Below are positions 10,478 through 19,734 of a DNA stretch of 64,000 nucleotides, piece by piece. Below the pieces are notes generated by a model that was not told where the DNA came from, did no database searches, and saw only the letters and a list, made by a program, of their open reading frames with translations. Source of the DNA: Minisyncoccota bacterium (GTDB lineage: Bacteria > Patescibacteriota > Minisyncoccia > Phycocordibacterales > UBA9973); assembly GCA_041663005.1 (NCBI GenBank), contig JBAZRK010000001.1, forward strand, positions 222,734-286,733. Reading direction: 5' to 3'. A program made the position numbers and the translations under genes. Numbering within the stretch: position 1 is the first letter of the stretch; each line of letters starts with the position of its first letter.

Positions 10478-10506
10478 AAAAAAATCCCCTTCGAGGGGAT
10501 TTTTAG
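10478..10506. terminator. Bidirectional intrinsic terminator shared by rplI (+) and rpmA (-)
   Basis: A-tract, then atcccct tcg aggggat, then T-tract, lying between the two convergent stop codons. Confidence 0.7.
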
Positions 10507-10507
10507 T

Positions 10508-10780
10508 TTATATTACGTTAACGATTTTCTTAACTGCAGTTCTGCCGTGGAAGGATGTTTTTCTTTTAGTTACAAATTTGACAGTACCTTCTTTTAGAGC
10601 GAAAAGAGTATGATCTTTACCGATAGACACGTTTATGCCCGCCAAGACGTCTGTACCACGCTGACGCACTATTATTGAGCCCGCCTGAGCCTTTGAGCCG
10701 TCTGCTAGCTTAACACCTAGGTATTTAGGTTGTGAATCTCTTAAGTTTTTCGCCGTTCCGCCGGCCTTTCTATGTGCCAT
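10508..10780 (-). CDS. rpmA: 50S ribosomal protein L27
   Basis: [17 protein letters not shown]-terminus. Confidence 0.95.
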   Translation of the reverse strand: MAHRKAGGTAKNLRDSQPKYLGVKLADGSKAQAGSIIVRQRGTDVLAGINVSIGKDHTLFALKEGTVKFVTKRKTSFHGRTAVKKIVNVI

Positions 10781-10828
10781 ATCGTTTTTATGTTATTATT
10801 TTAAGGTAAAAAGAGTATAACTAATTTT

Positions 10829-11221
10829 ATGGAAAAAATCAAGGGATTTCTTGAGAGCGAGCAGGGGAAAGATATTCTAATAGTCTTAATAGTCATTCTG
10901 GTGGGTTTGGGCTCTTTTGAGCTAGGCCGACTATCTAAAATAGGGAACTCAGGCGGGATCAAAATAGAGTATCCTCCGGAAATGGTACAAGCGAACGCTA
11001 TCAGCACCACGGCTAGTAATCCGCACACCACTGTAGACAAAATGCAGATATCCGGTACGCAGTCACAAGAAAAAAGCTTTTTCGCTTCGAGTCGTGGGAA
11101 AAAATATTATCCGGCAAATTGCTCCGCCGGAGACTCTATAAAGGAATCCAATCGCGTTTGGTTTGACAGCCGGGAAGAAGCCGAGAGTGCGGGCTACGAA
11201 TTATCTGCTTCGTGTCAATAA
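10829..11221 (+). CDS. Membrane-anchored hypothetical protein with a C-terminal Ada-like zinc-binding motif
   Basis: N-terminal TM helix. The C-terminal Y-x-P-x-C ... NRVWFDS.EEAE.AGY ... C pattern resembles the Ada N-terminal metal-binding domain (recalled from memory). Confidence 0.55.
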   Translation: MEKIKGFLESEQGKDILIVLIVILVGLGSFELGRLSKIGNSGGIKIEYPPEMVQANAISTTASNPHTTVDKMQISGTQSQEKSFFASSRGKKYYPANCSAGDSIKESNRVWFDSREEAESAGYELSASCQ

Positions 11222-11222
11222 T

Positions 11223-11453
11223 TTAATAGAACTTATCAATAACCACGACTTCATCCTCGTGTTCCTCGTGAATAGTAGCTTTAAGCTCATGCCCATACAT
11301 TCGAGCTATATCGATACCGCCAACGAGCATCCCAGGCTTAAAAAGGGTCCCAGGGCTTAAGGTAACATTCTGACCATAAATGCGGATAAAGAATTCCGAG
11401 CTGGCCGAGCCATCCGGGTGAGTGTGAAATATATCTTCATAATCGTATTTCAT
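11223..11453 (-). CDS. Hypothetical protein (76 aa)
   Basis: ORF only, His/Glu-rich. No recognisable family. Confidence 0.35.
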   Translation of the reverse strand: MKYDYEDIFHTHPDGSASSEFFIRIYGQNVTLSPGTLFKPGMLVGGIDIARMYGHELKATIHEEHEDEVVVIDKFY

Positions 11454-11585
11454 ATATCCTAATTATAAAACCGTTTGTATTTGAAGGGAAGAGGGGCAAA
11501 AGCACGATTTCACTATATAGTTTAAATATAGGGTCGTGTCGCACAATATATGTTTAGGGTAGTACGTCTTAGCTAGTTATATGGC

Positions 11586-11912
11586 TTAATAGTCCATTTG
11601 CAGGTTTCCTCCTGCGTTGTAGAAGTCAGTAGGCTCTCCGTTGCGTATATGTTCAAGATTAGAAATAAAAGGTTTCCAAAATATTTTAATGATGATTTCC
11701 TCCCACACATATGTCACTGGTTCCTCTAAATATTCTGTCCAAAGGTTCTTTGTGCCATTTCTCACATAGTCTAGGTTATCCTCTGTGGTAGGACTCTCGA
11801 CAACAGCCTTAATGCTTATATTAAAGTAGCTCAAGGCCAAGATAAGCAAAACACCTAAAAGGAGGACTCCCAGTATGCTGATTCCTTTTTGGTTATTATT
11901 ATTTTGTATCAT
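11586..11912 (-). CDS. Hypothetical protein with an N-terminal TM anchor
   Basis: Asn-run leader followed by a GISILGVLLLGVLLILAL helix. Confidence 0.5.
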   Translation of the reverse strand: MIQNNNNQKGISILGVLLLGVLLILALSYFNISIKAVVESPTTEDNLDYVRNGTKNLWTEYLEEPVTYVWEEIIIKIFWKPFISNLEHIRNGEPTDFYNAGGNLQMDY

Positions 11913-11918
11913 CTTAAT

Positions 11919-12059
11919 TTACCTTAAGACGCTTCCGAAAAATGACTTGAACCAGTACACTACCTCAGAAATAGTTATGTCGAAATACTTCATTAAGAAA
12001 AGCGCGATAAGGATAACGACGATAAGCTCCAGAAACCCTCCTTGTTTATTGTTGTTCAT
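11919..12059 (-). CDS. Small (46 aa) pilin-like / N-terminally anchored protein. It is below the ORF-track size cutoff.
   Basis: MNNNKQGG-FLELIVVILIALFL resembles a prepilin-type leader plus hydrophobic helix. It lies in tandem with the next gene, which shares the N-terminal style. Confidence 0.3.
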   Translation of the reverse strand: MNNNKQGGFLELIVVILIALFLMKYFDITISEVVYWFKSFFGSVLR

Positions 12060-12130
12060 ATTTTTATTTGACTCCCCTACCATACATTTATTTTACCACA
12101 CCAAAGCAACCCCTAGCAATAAAATATGTG

Positions 12131-13414
12131 TTAATTCCCGGAAAGTGGCGGCAAATATTTCATCGGATCAAGATAAGCGTCGGTCGCTGATATCGGCTGG
12201 ATGAGTGTCTTCCCAGGGTAAGATTTACTTGGAAAAGATGCGACCTTGACTCCACTCGACACATACAGAGATACGTGCAGGTGCGGACCTGTAGAAGAGC
12301 CCGTATTGCCACTATAGCCCACTACTTGACCTCTCGTGACCTTCTGGCCCCTAGATACCGATATAAGTGAAAGGTGGCCATAGGTGCTGGATAACCCGTT
12401 GGAATACTCAATAAATATCCATTTACCGAAAGAGGCTCCCGGACAGCAAAGGTCGGTATCTCCGGTACCCCTTACAACTCCGTCGGCCATGGCCTTGACC
12501 TGGGTTCCTACAGTAGCCCTGAAGTCCGTCCCACGGTGGAAGCCACTCCACCTAGGAGCATAGGGTGAGGTGACGAAAATCTTATCAAGTGGCCAACTCA
12601 AAACTCGACCGCTTGGAATTTTCGACGGGTCAAGTATAAATTTAAGCTGGGCCTCATAAGTTTCCAGCTCTTTCTCGAATGCTTCTTTTTGAGCCAGCCT
12701 TTCCCTGAGAAGCTGCTGATAGTTGGCCTCGCTATTTTGAGTCTGCTTCAGGAGCTTATTCTTTTCGTTGGTATTTTGAATGACAATTTTTTGCTGATCT
12801 GAAAGTTGGGACTTGAGACGAGTAAGCTCATTCTTGGCGGCAATTGTTTCTTCACGAATGTCCTCAAGGACAGTTTTGCTCTCACGCAAATCTACAATAT
12901 TCTTTCGCAAATTTTCGCGCACCGCTATCATATTGTCGACGTCGTTCCAAACATCACTGAAATCGTTGTCAGAAAGCATACTGACCACCAAGCTTGTTTC
13001 CTCGAGTTCTTGCATATTTCTTATGCCCGCTTGAATCGAGACTAAGTTCACACCAATTGAAGTTTCTTTATTACCGATATTGCGACTAAGTTCGGAGATT
13101 TTGAGATTGGTTCGTTCGATTTTATTTTCAGTAACAGCTATATCTGCATTAAGCTTCTTCTTCGTCAAATCAAGCTCCTTAATCGAGCCTTGGAGAGAGC
13201 TTTTTTGTTTCGATATACCCACAAGCTCGGATTGATAAGAAGCAATCTCGCGTTCTAATTTTTTAATCGCGGAGTCCTTTTCTTCAATCTTGTTCTGGAT
13301 TTCGGTCGCAGTCTGCGCCAAGGATGTACTAACTAAATAGAGCGACAGCGTCGCCACAATTCCTAAAACCAGAAATCTATTGAGTCGCTTTTTTAAGTCT
13401 TTCGATTGTCTCAT
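12131..13414 (-). CDS. M23 peptidoglycan metalloendopeptidase with a long N-terminal coiled coil (EnvC-like)
   Basis: HRGTDF ... GNTGSSTGPHLH M23 motifs, after a ~250-aa coiled-coil region. Confidence 0.85.
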   Translation of the reverse strand: MRQSKDLKKRLNRFLVLGIVATLSLYLVSTSLAQTATEIQNKIEEKDSAIKKLEREIASYQSELVGISKQKSSLQGSIKELDLTKKKLNADIAVTENKIERTNLKISELSRNIGNKETSIGVNLVSIQAGIRNMQELEETSLVVSMLSDNDFSDVWNDVDNMIAVRENLRKNIVDLRESKTVLEDIREETIAAKNELTRLKSQLSDQQKIVIQNTNEKNKLLKQTQNSEANYQQLLRERLAQKEAFEKELETYEAQLKFILDPSKIPSGRVLSWPLDKIFVTSPYAPRWSGFHRGTDFRATVGTQVKAMADGVVRGTGDTDLCCPGASFGKWIFIEYSNGLSSTYGHLSLISVSRGQKVTRGQVVGYSGNTGSSTGPHLHVSLYVSSGVKVASFPSKSYPGKTLIQPISATDAYLDPMKYLPPLSGN

Positions 13415-14771
13415 TTTTACCGATTATCGAGGCAATAATAAACGGGTCTGGGGATTTATCTGCTCCGGAAAGCGCGTACCGTACGGGATGGAGGAGCTCT
13501 CCCCTCTTTTCTAATTCATCAGCAATTGACATTAATGTATTTTTGATGTTTTCGACGTTAAAATCATCTTCACTCATTTTTCCGAGTTCGGTAATTGCTA
13601 AATTTAAATTTTCGGAAATTTTTTCAGCTGTTGAATTTTTAAATATTAATTTCTCTTTTATAATTTTTGGCGATTTGAAAAAGAAGTCTAACTCCCCTCT
13701 TGTAACCATTTCCCTCGCTTCGCTCCATTTCGAAATACGTTCCAAAATTACCGGAGCCAGTTTTGGGTTTTTTAATTCTTGTGGTAAATACTCTAAAATA
13801 TTTTTCTCGATTACTTCCTCCGGTAGGAGCTTTATGTGCTCTTTGTTCATCCAGTTTAATTTTTCATCATCCCACTGCGCGCCCTTGTGTTGGATTTTTT
13901 CTAGGTCAAAAACCTCAACCAATTCTCCTCGTGTGTAAATTTCCTTCTCTCCGCCAGGGTTAAATCCGAGAAATGCGAGATAGTTTATCATCGCTTCAGG
14001 CAAGTAACCTTCCATTTCGTAATCCATTATGTCTTTGGCTCCATCTCGCTTAGAAAGCTTCTTTTTCCCGTCAGGGCCCATTATGGGCGGCGTTGTGGCG
14101 AAAAGCGGCGATTTAGCCCCTAGCGCTTCGTACAGGGCCAGGAATTTCGGGGTCGAGGAAATGAATTCCTGTCCTCGCATAACGTGCGTTACTCCCATTT
14201 CGATGTCGTCCACCACGTGCGCGAAGTTGTAAGTCGGATAGCCATCGCTTTTAATTAAAATGAAGTCATCTAGGGCCTCTGCCCCTGCCGACAAATCGCC
14301 CCAGACTATGTCTTTCCATTCTGTTCTCTTAAGGTTTTTGACCTTAAATCGGAGCGGCTTGGTCCCGTCCCAGGCTGGTGGATTAGCGGGCCTAAAGTCG
14401 CGATATAGAAACGGTTTTTTTTCTGTCTCCGCTTTTTGTCTAAAATTTTCTAATTCTTCTTCGGTGTATGGGTCGGCATAAGCGTAGCCTTTTTTGATTA
14501 ATTCTTCTCCGTATTTTTTATATAAGTCTAGTCTTTCTGATTGAATATAGGGCCCTTGGTCCCAGTCTAAACCGAGCCATTTTAAAGCTTTTTGGATGTG
14601 GTCAATAGAGCCCGGAACCTCTCTTTCTTTATCAGTGTCCTCAATACGCAAAATAAATTGACCCTTGTTTTTACGAGCCCATAGCCAAGCATACAGCGCC
14701 GTCCGCACTCCTCCCACATGCATAAAACCAGTAGGCGAAGGCGCGAACCTCGTTACAATTTTATCTGACAT
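13377..14771 (-). CDS. gltX: Glutamate--tRNA ligase
   Basis: TRFAPSPTGFMHVGG HIGH region and KLSKR (KMSKS). Confidence 0.9.
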   Translation of the reverse strand: MSDKIVTRFAPSPTGFMHVGGVRTALYAWLWARKNKGQFILRIEDTDKEREVPGSIDHIQKALKWLGLDWDQGPYIQSERLDLYKKYGEELIKKGYAYADPYTEEELENFRQKAETEKKPFLYRDFRPANPPAWDGTKPLRFKVKNLKRTEWKDIVWGDLSAGAEALDDFILIKSDGYPTYNFAHVVDDIEMGVTHVMRGQEFISSTPKFLALYEALGAKSPLFATTPPIMGPDGKKKLSKRDGAKDIMDYEMEGYLPEAMINYLAFLGFNPGGEKEIYTRGELVEVFDLEKIQHKGAQWDDEKLNWMNKEHIKLLPEEVIEKNILEYLPQELKNPKLAPVILERISKWSEAREMVTRGELDFFFKSPKIIKEKLIFKNSTAEKISENLNLAITELGKMSEDDFNVENIKNTLMSIADELEKRGELLHPVRYALSGADKSPDPFIIASIIGKNETIERLKKATQ

Positions 14772-14792
14772 ATTTATATAATAGCACAGATT

Positions 14793-15923
14793 TTATTTCT
14801 CGTGTTTTAGGGCTATGTTGACGAGTTCGCGAGCAATTATTTCTGCGGCATCGGGCTTTCCGAAAGCTTTCGCACTTCGTTTCATACTCTCATACAAAGG
14901 CTTGTCGGTCATAATCCTTTCAACCTCAGAATATAAAATATTCGCGGTCATATTCATTTCTTCCACCACGCTACTGCAGCCCGCACGAGCATAGCTGAAG
15001 GCGTTTTTTCTGGAATGGTTGGCGTTCGATTTGGTAAAAGGTATGAGTATCGACGGCACGCCCCAGGAAGCAATCTCGAAAATTGTCGATCCGGCTCGAG
15101 AAATTATTATATCTGCTGCCCCCGCAGCCATACGTAGCTCCAGTGCGTTGAGGAAAGCTTGTGGTTGATAACGAGATTTATTTTTATTATTGGATAAAAT
15201 GACATTCGCTTCGCCGGCCACAGTTGTGAAATTTCTGATACCTGTTTGATGAATGACTTGGTAATTTTCTACCAAGCGAGGCAATGCATCTAGAACGGTA
15301 TTGTTGATAAGTTCGGCGCCCTGAGATCCACCCAGGATAACAACCACCGGCACGTCTTCTTCTAGTTTGAAATATTCCAAAGCTTGCTTCTTGGGCGATG
15401 CCTGCTCAATCTCTCGCCTAATAGGCTGCCCGGTCCAGGCAATTTTATCTGAAGAGAAACCTTCAGCCGCCTCAGGGAAGGATATGGCAATGCGTTTAGC
15501 GAAGCGTCCTGCCCATTTATTGACTCGCCCAGGAGCAGCGTCGGACTCATGAATCACCACGGGGATATGAAGCAACCGAGCGGCAAACACTGCTGGGAAC
15601 GAAGCGTAACCCCCTTTGCCGAAAACAACATCGGGGTAAATTGAGAACATTTTAAAAACAGCATTAATAGTACCGAAGAAAATTTTAAAAATATCGGAAA
15701 AGTTTTTAAATGAAAAGTAAGTTCGCATTTTCCCTGAGCCCACTTCTTCATAAACGAGCTCGTTTTGCGAAAGTAATTCTTTATCGTACGGACTGTCAGA
15801 AATATAGTAAAGCTTGGCGCCTATGATGTGCTCCTTGTCTATTATCTCATTGACTTTTTGGGCAACAGCAATAATTGGATAAAAATGTCCTCCTGTTCCC
15901 CCGCCTGTAAAGACTATTTTCAT
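14793..15923 (-). CDS. murG: Undecaprenyl-PP-MurNAc-pentapeptide UDP-GlcNAc transferase
   Basis: FTGGGTGGHFYP N-terminus. Sits in dcw-type context. Confidence 0.9.
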   Translation of the reverse strand: MKIVFTGGGTGGHFYPIIAVAQKVNEIIDKEHIIGAKLYYISDSPYDKELLSQNELVYEEVGSGKMRTYFSFKNFSDIFKIFFGTINAVFKMFSIYPDVVFGKGGYASFPAVFAARLLHIPVVIHESDAAPGRVNKWAGRFAKRIAISFPEAAEGFSSDKIAWTGQPIRREIEQASPKKQALEYFKLEEDVPVVVILGGSQGAELINNTVLDALPRLVENYQVIHQTGIRNFTTVAGEANVILSNNKNKSRYQPQAFLNALELRMAAGAADIIISRAGSTIFEIASWGVPSILIPFTKSNANHSRKNAFSYARAGCSSVVEEMNMTANILYSEVERIMTDKPLYESMKRSAKAFGKPDAAEIIARELVNIALKHEK

Positions 15924-17020
15924 ACGTGTTTTTGAAACTTAGAAATTTGAAGCACTATGCCTATGGCCGCCAGGTAAATCATAAGAGATGTCCCGCCGTG
16001 ACTCATAAACACTAGTGGCACTCCGGTGAGCGGAAAGACTCCAGTCACAGAAGCTATGTGCATAAAGGACTGCACAGTAATGAGTATAACAATTCCTGAA
16101 ACTAAAAGTCCACTAAAGTAATCTGGGCTCCGGTTGGCTATTCGAAAGCCTCGCAATAGAAAAAGTAGGTATAAGAAAATAGTGGAAAGGGTCCCGACAA
16201 ACCCGAGTTCTTCGCCCAAAACCGCAAAAATCGAATCTCCTTGAGGTTCAGGCAAGTAGCTAAATTTCTGCACACTTTGTCCTAGCCCCCTACCAAATAT
16301 TCCACCCGAACCCAAGGCAATCATAGACTGTTGAATCTGATATGAATCGCCCTGGGAATCATGCGCCGGATCAATAAATGTTTTTACTCTTGCTTGCAAA
16401 TATGGGGTGAAGTAGACTAGTACGCCAAGCGATACTATCAACATAAAGCCTGCACCGATTAAATATTTAATAGGTACGCCAGAAATGAAAAGCATCGAAA
16501 GCCCGGTCACGGCGATAAGTATGAAACTCTTCGTATCCGGTTGCCTAAAAAGTATTAACGCTATAATTATCAGCATAATACCGAGCGGTAAAATTCCGAA
16601 TTTAAAATTGTGCACCTTATTTTTAGCCCAAGATAACCAAGCGGCGAAATAAATTACAAATCCAAATTTCAAAATTTCCACAGGCTGGAAACGGGTAAAT
16701 CCAAGGTCTATCCATCGTTTCGCCCCTCCGTGACTCCATCCAAGTGACGGCACGAATACTGCCGCAGTAAGCAGAATGGAAAGTATAAAAATAAAGAGTG
16801 AGTACTTGCGCCAAAATTTATAATTAATTTTATAAGTTATATACATGCCCACAAGCCCAAGCCCTAATCCCAATACTAATTGGCTGAAAAGCACGGAGTA
16901 GAATGTTCCTTGGTTTTTGGCAAAGATTCCGAGCGAAGCCGACACAAAGACAGAAACCCCAATAATCAAAAGAAGCATCACCACTATTAAGAAAAATTTG
17001 TCGGGTTTTTTTTCTCGCAT
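15920..17020 (-). CDS. ftsW: SEDS-family peptidoglycan glycosyltransferase (FtsW/RodA)
   Basis: Polytopic membrane protein lying between mraY and murG. Confidence 0.8.
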   Translation of the reverse strand: MREKKPDKFFLIVVMLLLIIGVSVFVSASLGIFAKNQGTFYSVLFSQLVLGLGLGLVGMYITYKINYKFWRKYSLFIFILSILLTAAVFVPSLGWSHGGAKRWIDLGFTRFQPVEILKFGFVIYFAAWLSWAKNKVHNFKFGILPLGIMLIIIALILFRQPDTKSFILIAVTGLSMLFISGVPIKYLIGAGFMLIVSLGVLVYFTPYLQARVKTFIDPAHDSQGDSYQIQQSMIALGSGGIFGRGLGQSVQKFSYLPEPQGDSIFAVLGEELGFVGTLSTIFLYLLFLLRGFRIANRSPDYFSGLLVSGIVILITVQSFMHIASVTGVFPLTGVPLVFMSHGGTSLMIYLAAIGIVLQISKFQKHV

Positions 17021-17025
17021 TAAAT

Positions 17026-18081
17026 TTATCGGCTGACCACTGCTAAAATTATTCCAATAATTGCAAAAATTACCGAAAGAACCCAGAACCGCATAGTGAC
17101 TTTATGCGCGGACCACCCAATGGCTTCGAAGTGGTGATGAATAGGGGCGAGTTTAAAAACTCTCTTCCCTCCCCTCCATTTTTTAGAAAATAATTGCACT
17201 ATAACCGAACCTGAAGTTATAACTAAAGGCAGAGCGACAATAGGAAGAATTAAAACTGTATCCGTGAGGAAGGCCAGTGTCGCCAGGGTGAGCGTCAGCC
17301 CCATTATTCCCGTCTCCCCCATATAAAAACGTGCTGGCGGAATATTGAACCAAAGAAAAGCTAAAATCACTCCTGTTAAAACCCCGGAGAATGCCGCTAA
17401 ATCTATCTGGTTATTAGTAAAGGCGATGATTGAATAAGCTCCGAAAATAGAAGCAAAAACTCCTCCGGACAAGCCGTCGATACCGTCTATGACTCCACCG
17501 GAAAATGTCGCCAACGCCACAATAATAAAAAATGGAATTATCAATACTCCTAAAAATATTTCTCCACCGAAAGGCATATGAATTGAAGTCAGTCCAAGTT
17601 TATAGAAAAACCATAGTCCTATGAGCACTGACCCCGCCGTTACCATTAGCACCTTCCACATTCGCCAGGATTTATCATCGCGGGCAAATTTTCCGTTGCC
17701 ATATATTTGAATTAAGTCGTCCCACAATCCTATAATCGACCCCAGCAACAAAGTAAAGAACGGGATCAGAGTTTGGTTACGACTTAGGAAATTCATCTTC
17801 GCACTTTCATCAGAAGGGAAAATTATCGAAATCAAAAAGAAAATCAGTGTGGTTAATAGCGCCGAAACCCAAATTATCAACCCTCCCACCCTAGGCGTCT
17901 TGAGCTCCTCGGCCTCGTTGTGAATAGTATGGAATTCGAGAGCGTGAGCATCCAAATTTCGGGAATATTTTTTCCACATTTTGTATTTAAAGAAAAAATG
18001 CGTTGCAATCGGAGTCAAAAAAAGCGCTAAGAAAAACGCCAGCGCTGTGGGAATGGATATTTTAATCAAGTTCAAAAGCAT
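17026..18081 (-). CDS. mraY: Phospho-N-acetylmuramoyl-pentapeptide transferase
   Basis: Conserved DD..D and GLDGL-type motifs (DGIDGLSGG). Confidence 0.9.
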   Translation of the reverse strand: MLLNLIKISIPTALAFFLALFLTPIATHFFFKYKMWKKYSRNLDAHALEFHTIHNEAEELKTPRVGGLIIWVSALLTTLIFFLISIIFPSDESAKMNFLSRNQTLIPFFTLLLGSIIGLWDDLIQIYGNGKFARDDKSWRMWKVLMVTAGSVLIGLWFFYKLGLTSIHMPFGGEIFLGVLIIPFFIIVALATFSGGVIDGIDGLSGGVFASIFGAYSIIAFTNNQIDLAAFSGVLTGVILAFLWFNIPPARFYMGETGIMGLTLTLATLAFLTDTVLILPIVALPLVITSGSVIVQLFSKKWRGGKRVFKLAPIHHHFEAIGWSAHKVTMRFWVLSVIFAIIGIILAVVSR

Positions 18082-18111
18082 TCTTAAATTATAGCACTTG
18101 AATAGGATTTT

Positions 18112-18834
18112 TTAAACCTTCTTTTCTTTTGAGGTCTTGTGAACATCAAAAACATAAATTTTATCCGTTTTGTCGTCGTAGAGCATATTATTAGGAAAAA
18201 CATCCTTAAAACCCGACGGGTGTAGAGTACGTTTTATCTCTGCGATCCTTTGAACAAGAATATTTCGTGCCTGTTCCGCTGGTTCACTATTTTCTAAAAT
18301 ATCGTCGTAGATGGTGTCCTCGAGGAAGCTTAAGTGCGCAGCTAAATTAACCGCATTCCGCCATTTGGAAACGAAATAAGTAGTTTTGCCATCCTGGAAT
18401 CCTAATTCGAAATCTATCACCTCCACTTTATCCAATCCTTCTAATGCTTTTTTAGCCGCCTTTATCGACTGAACTTCTTCGTAACCATAAATACTTACTT
18501 CTTTAAATCCTGATACTCTTTTTACGAAAAATTTTTGTCCGCCGATTTCTAACTTTAAATAATCCCCTGGTACAGTAAGTATCGATTTTGAAAGATTCCA
18601 GTCGGCCACTTTACCTGTATTCCCCGACTCATTTAAAAGAGTAATTTTTATCCCGTGACCTTCCAGCACATCGCCAAAATCAGACTTGGGTCCTATCTGC
18701 GCTTCGAGTTCCTTAAACCTTCGGAGTATGCCAGGGTTATCGACCACCATCCTACGAAAATCAGCTGAGTATTCCAGTTTGCCCTTAGGCGCTATACTCT
18801 GTGCAGTTCTCAAGTTGTTAGTTTCCATACTCAT
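18112..18834 (-). CDS. Hypothetical protein (240 aa)
   Basis: Clean ORF with no recognised family. A protein kinase-like fold is possible but unsupported. Confidence 0.5.
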   Translation of the reverse strand: MSMETNNLRTAQSIAPKGKLEYSADFRRMVVDNPGILRRFKELEAQIGPKSDFGDVLEGHGIKITLLNESGNTGKVADWNLSKSILTVPGDYLKLEIGGQKFFVKRVSGFKEVSIYGYEEVQSIKAAKKALEGLDKVEVIDFELGFQDGKTTYFVSKWRNAVNLAAHLSFLEDTIYDDILENSEPAEQARNILVQRIAEIKRTLHPSGFKDVFPNNMLYDDKTDKIYVFDVHKTSKEKKV

Positions 18835-18873
18835 TGCCCTTAAATATATAACTTTTTTGATTAAAATGCACCC

Positions 18874-19716
18874 ATGTGTTATTCTCTTCTGGTGGACAAA
18901 AACAATCTTAAAAAAGCTCTACCACTAATAGTACTAATTCTATTTTTGATACCAATCATCACTTCTTCACTGCTCGATTTAAGGCAAAAACAAAGAGAAG
19001 AGAAAGCTTATCTTAAAATGCTCGCAGAACAGAAGGCCCAAAAGGAAGGCGAAGAGAGAATATATCTTTTGGGTAAATTTGAGCCAAGCGAAAGAGGAGA
19101 CTTCTTGCCCATACCGGCAGAATATAATATGAGTGGATACACGACATATTTGAGAAAAGAGACCCTGGAAGCTTTTATCCGAATGGCCGAAGCCGCTAAA
19201 AAAGAAAACGTTGACTTAGAGATTGTTTCGGCTGTTAGAAATTTCGATTCTCAGAAAAAGATTTGGGATGACAAGTGGACGGGCGTCACCTTGGTAGACG
19301 GAAAGAGATTAAATGAGAGTACCCCTGATGGCTTAGAAAGATTTAAGAAAATATTGGAATACAGCTCGGTACCAGGTACTTCTCGGCATCACTGGGGTAC
19401 GGACATAGATATAAATATGACTGTTCCTTTTTATTTCCAGACAGAAGCCGGGCAGAAAGTGTACGAATGGTTAGTGAAGAATGCTTCCACCTATGGCTTC
19501 TGTCAGCCATACAGTGCCAAGGGTCAAGAGCGCCCTACCGGCTACAATGAAGAAAAGTGGCACTGGTCTTATCTGCCTTTGGCGAAGGATTTTACACAAA
19601 GGTACAAAACTCTAGTTACGGACAAAGATATAACGGATTTTGCCGGTGACGAAAACACAGCAAGCATGAATCTCATAAACGATTACGTACTCGGAATTAG
19701 CCCTGAATGCCTGTAG
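18874..19716 (+). CDS. M15-family (VanY-like) D-Ala-D-Ala carboxypeptidase
   Basis: SRHHWGTDIDI and EEKWHW motifs. N-terminal TM anchor. Confidence 0.75.
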   Translation: MCYSLLVDKNNLKKALPLIVLILFLIPIITSSLLDLRQKQREEKAYLKMLAEQKAQKEGEERIYLLGKFEPSERGDFLPIPAEYNMSGYTTYLRKETLEAFIRMAEAAKKENVDLEIVSAVRNFDSQKKIWDDKWTGVTLVDGKRLNESTPDGLERFKKILEYSSVPGTSRHHWGTDIDINMTVPFYFQTEAGQKVYEWLVKNASTYGFCQPYSAKGQERPTGYNEEKWHWSYLPLAKDFTQRYKTLVTDKDITDFAGDENTASMNLINDYVLGISPECL

Positions 19717-19734
19717 CGTTTACCTTTCTTTTTT

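Noticed and set aside
11875-12204. 109-aa plus-strand ORF
   Set aside because: It overlaps the starts of two minus-strand genes and has low-complexity hydrophobic content typical of antisense reading. The minus-strand 46-aa ORF with a pilin-like N-terminus is the more coherent model.
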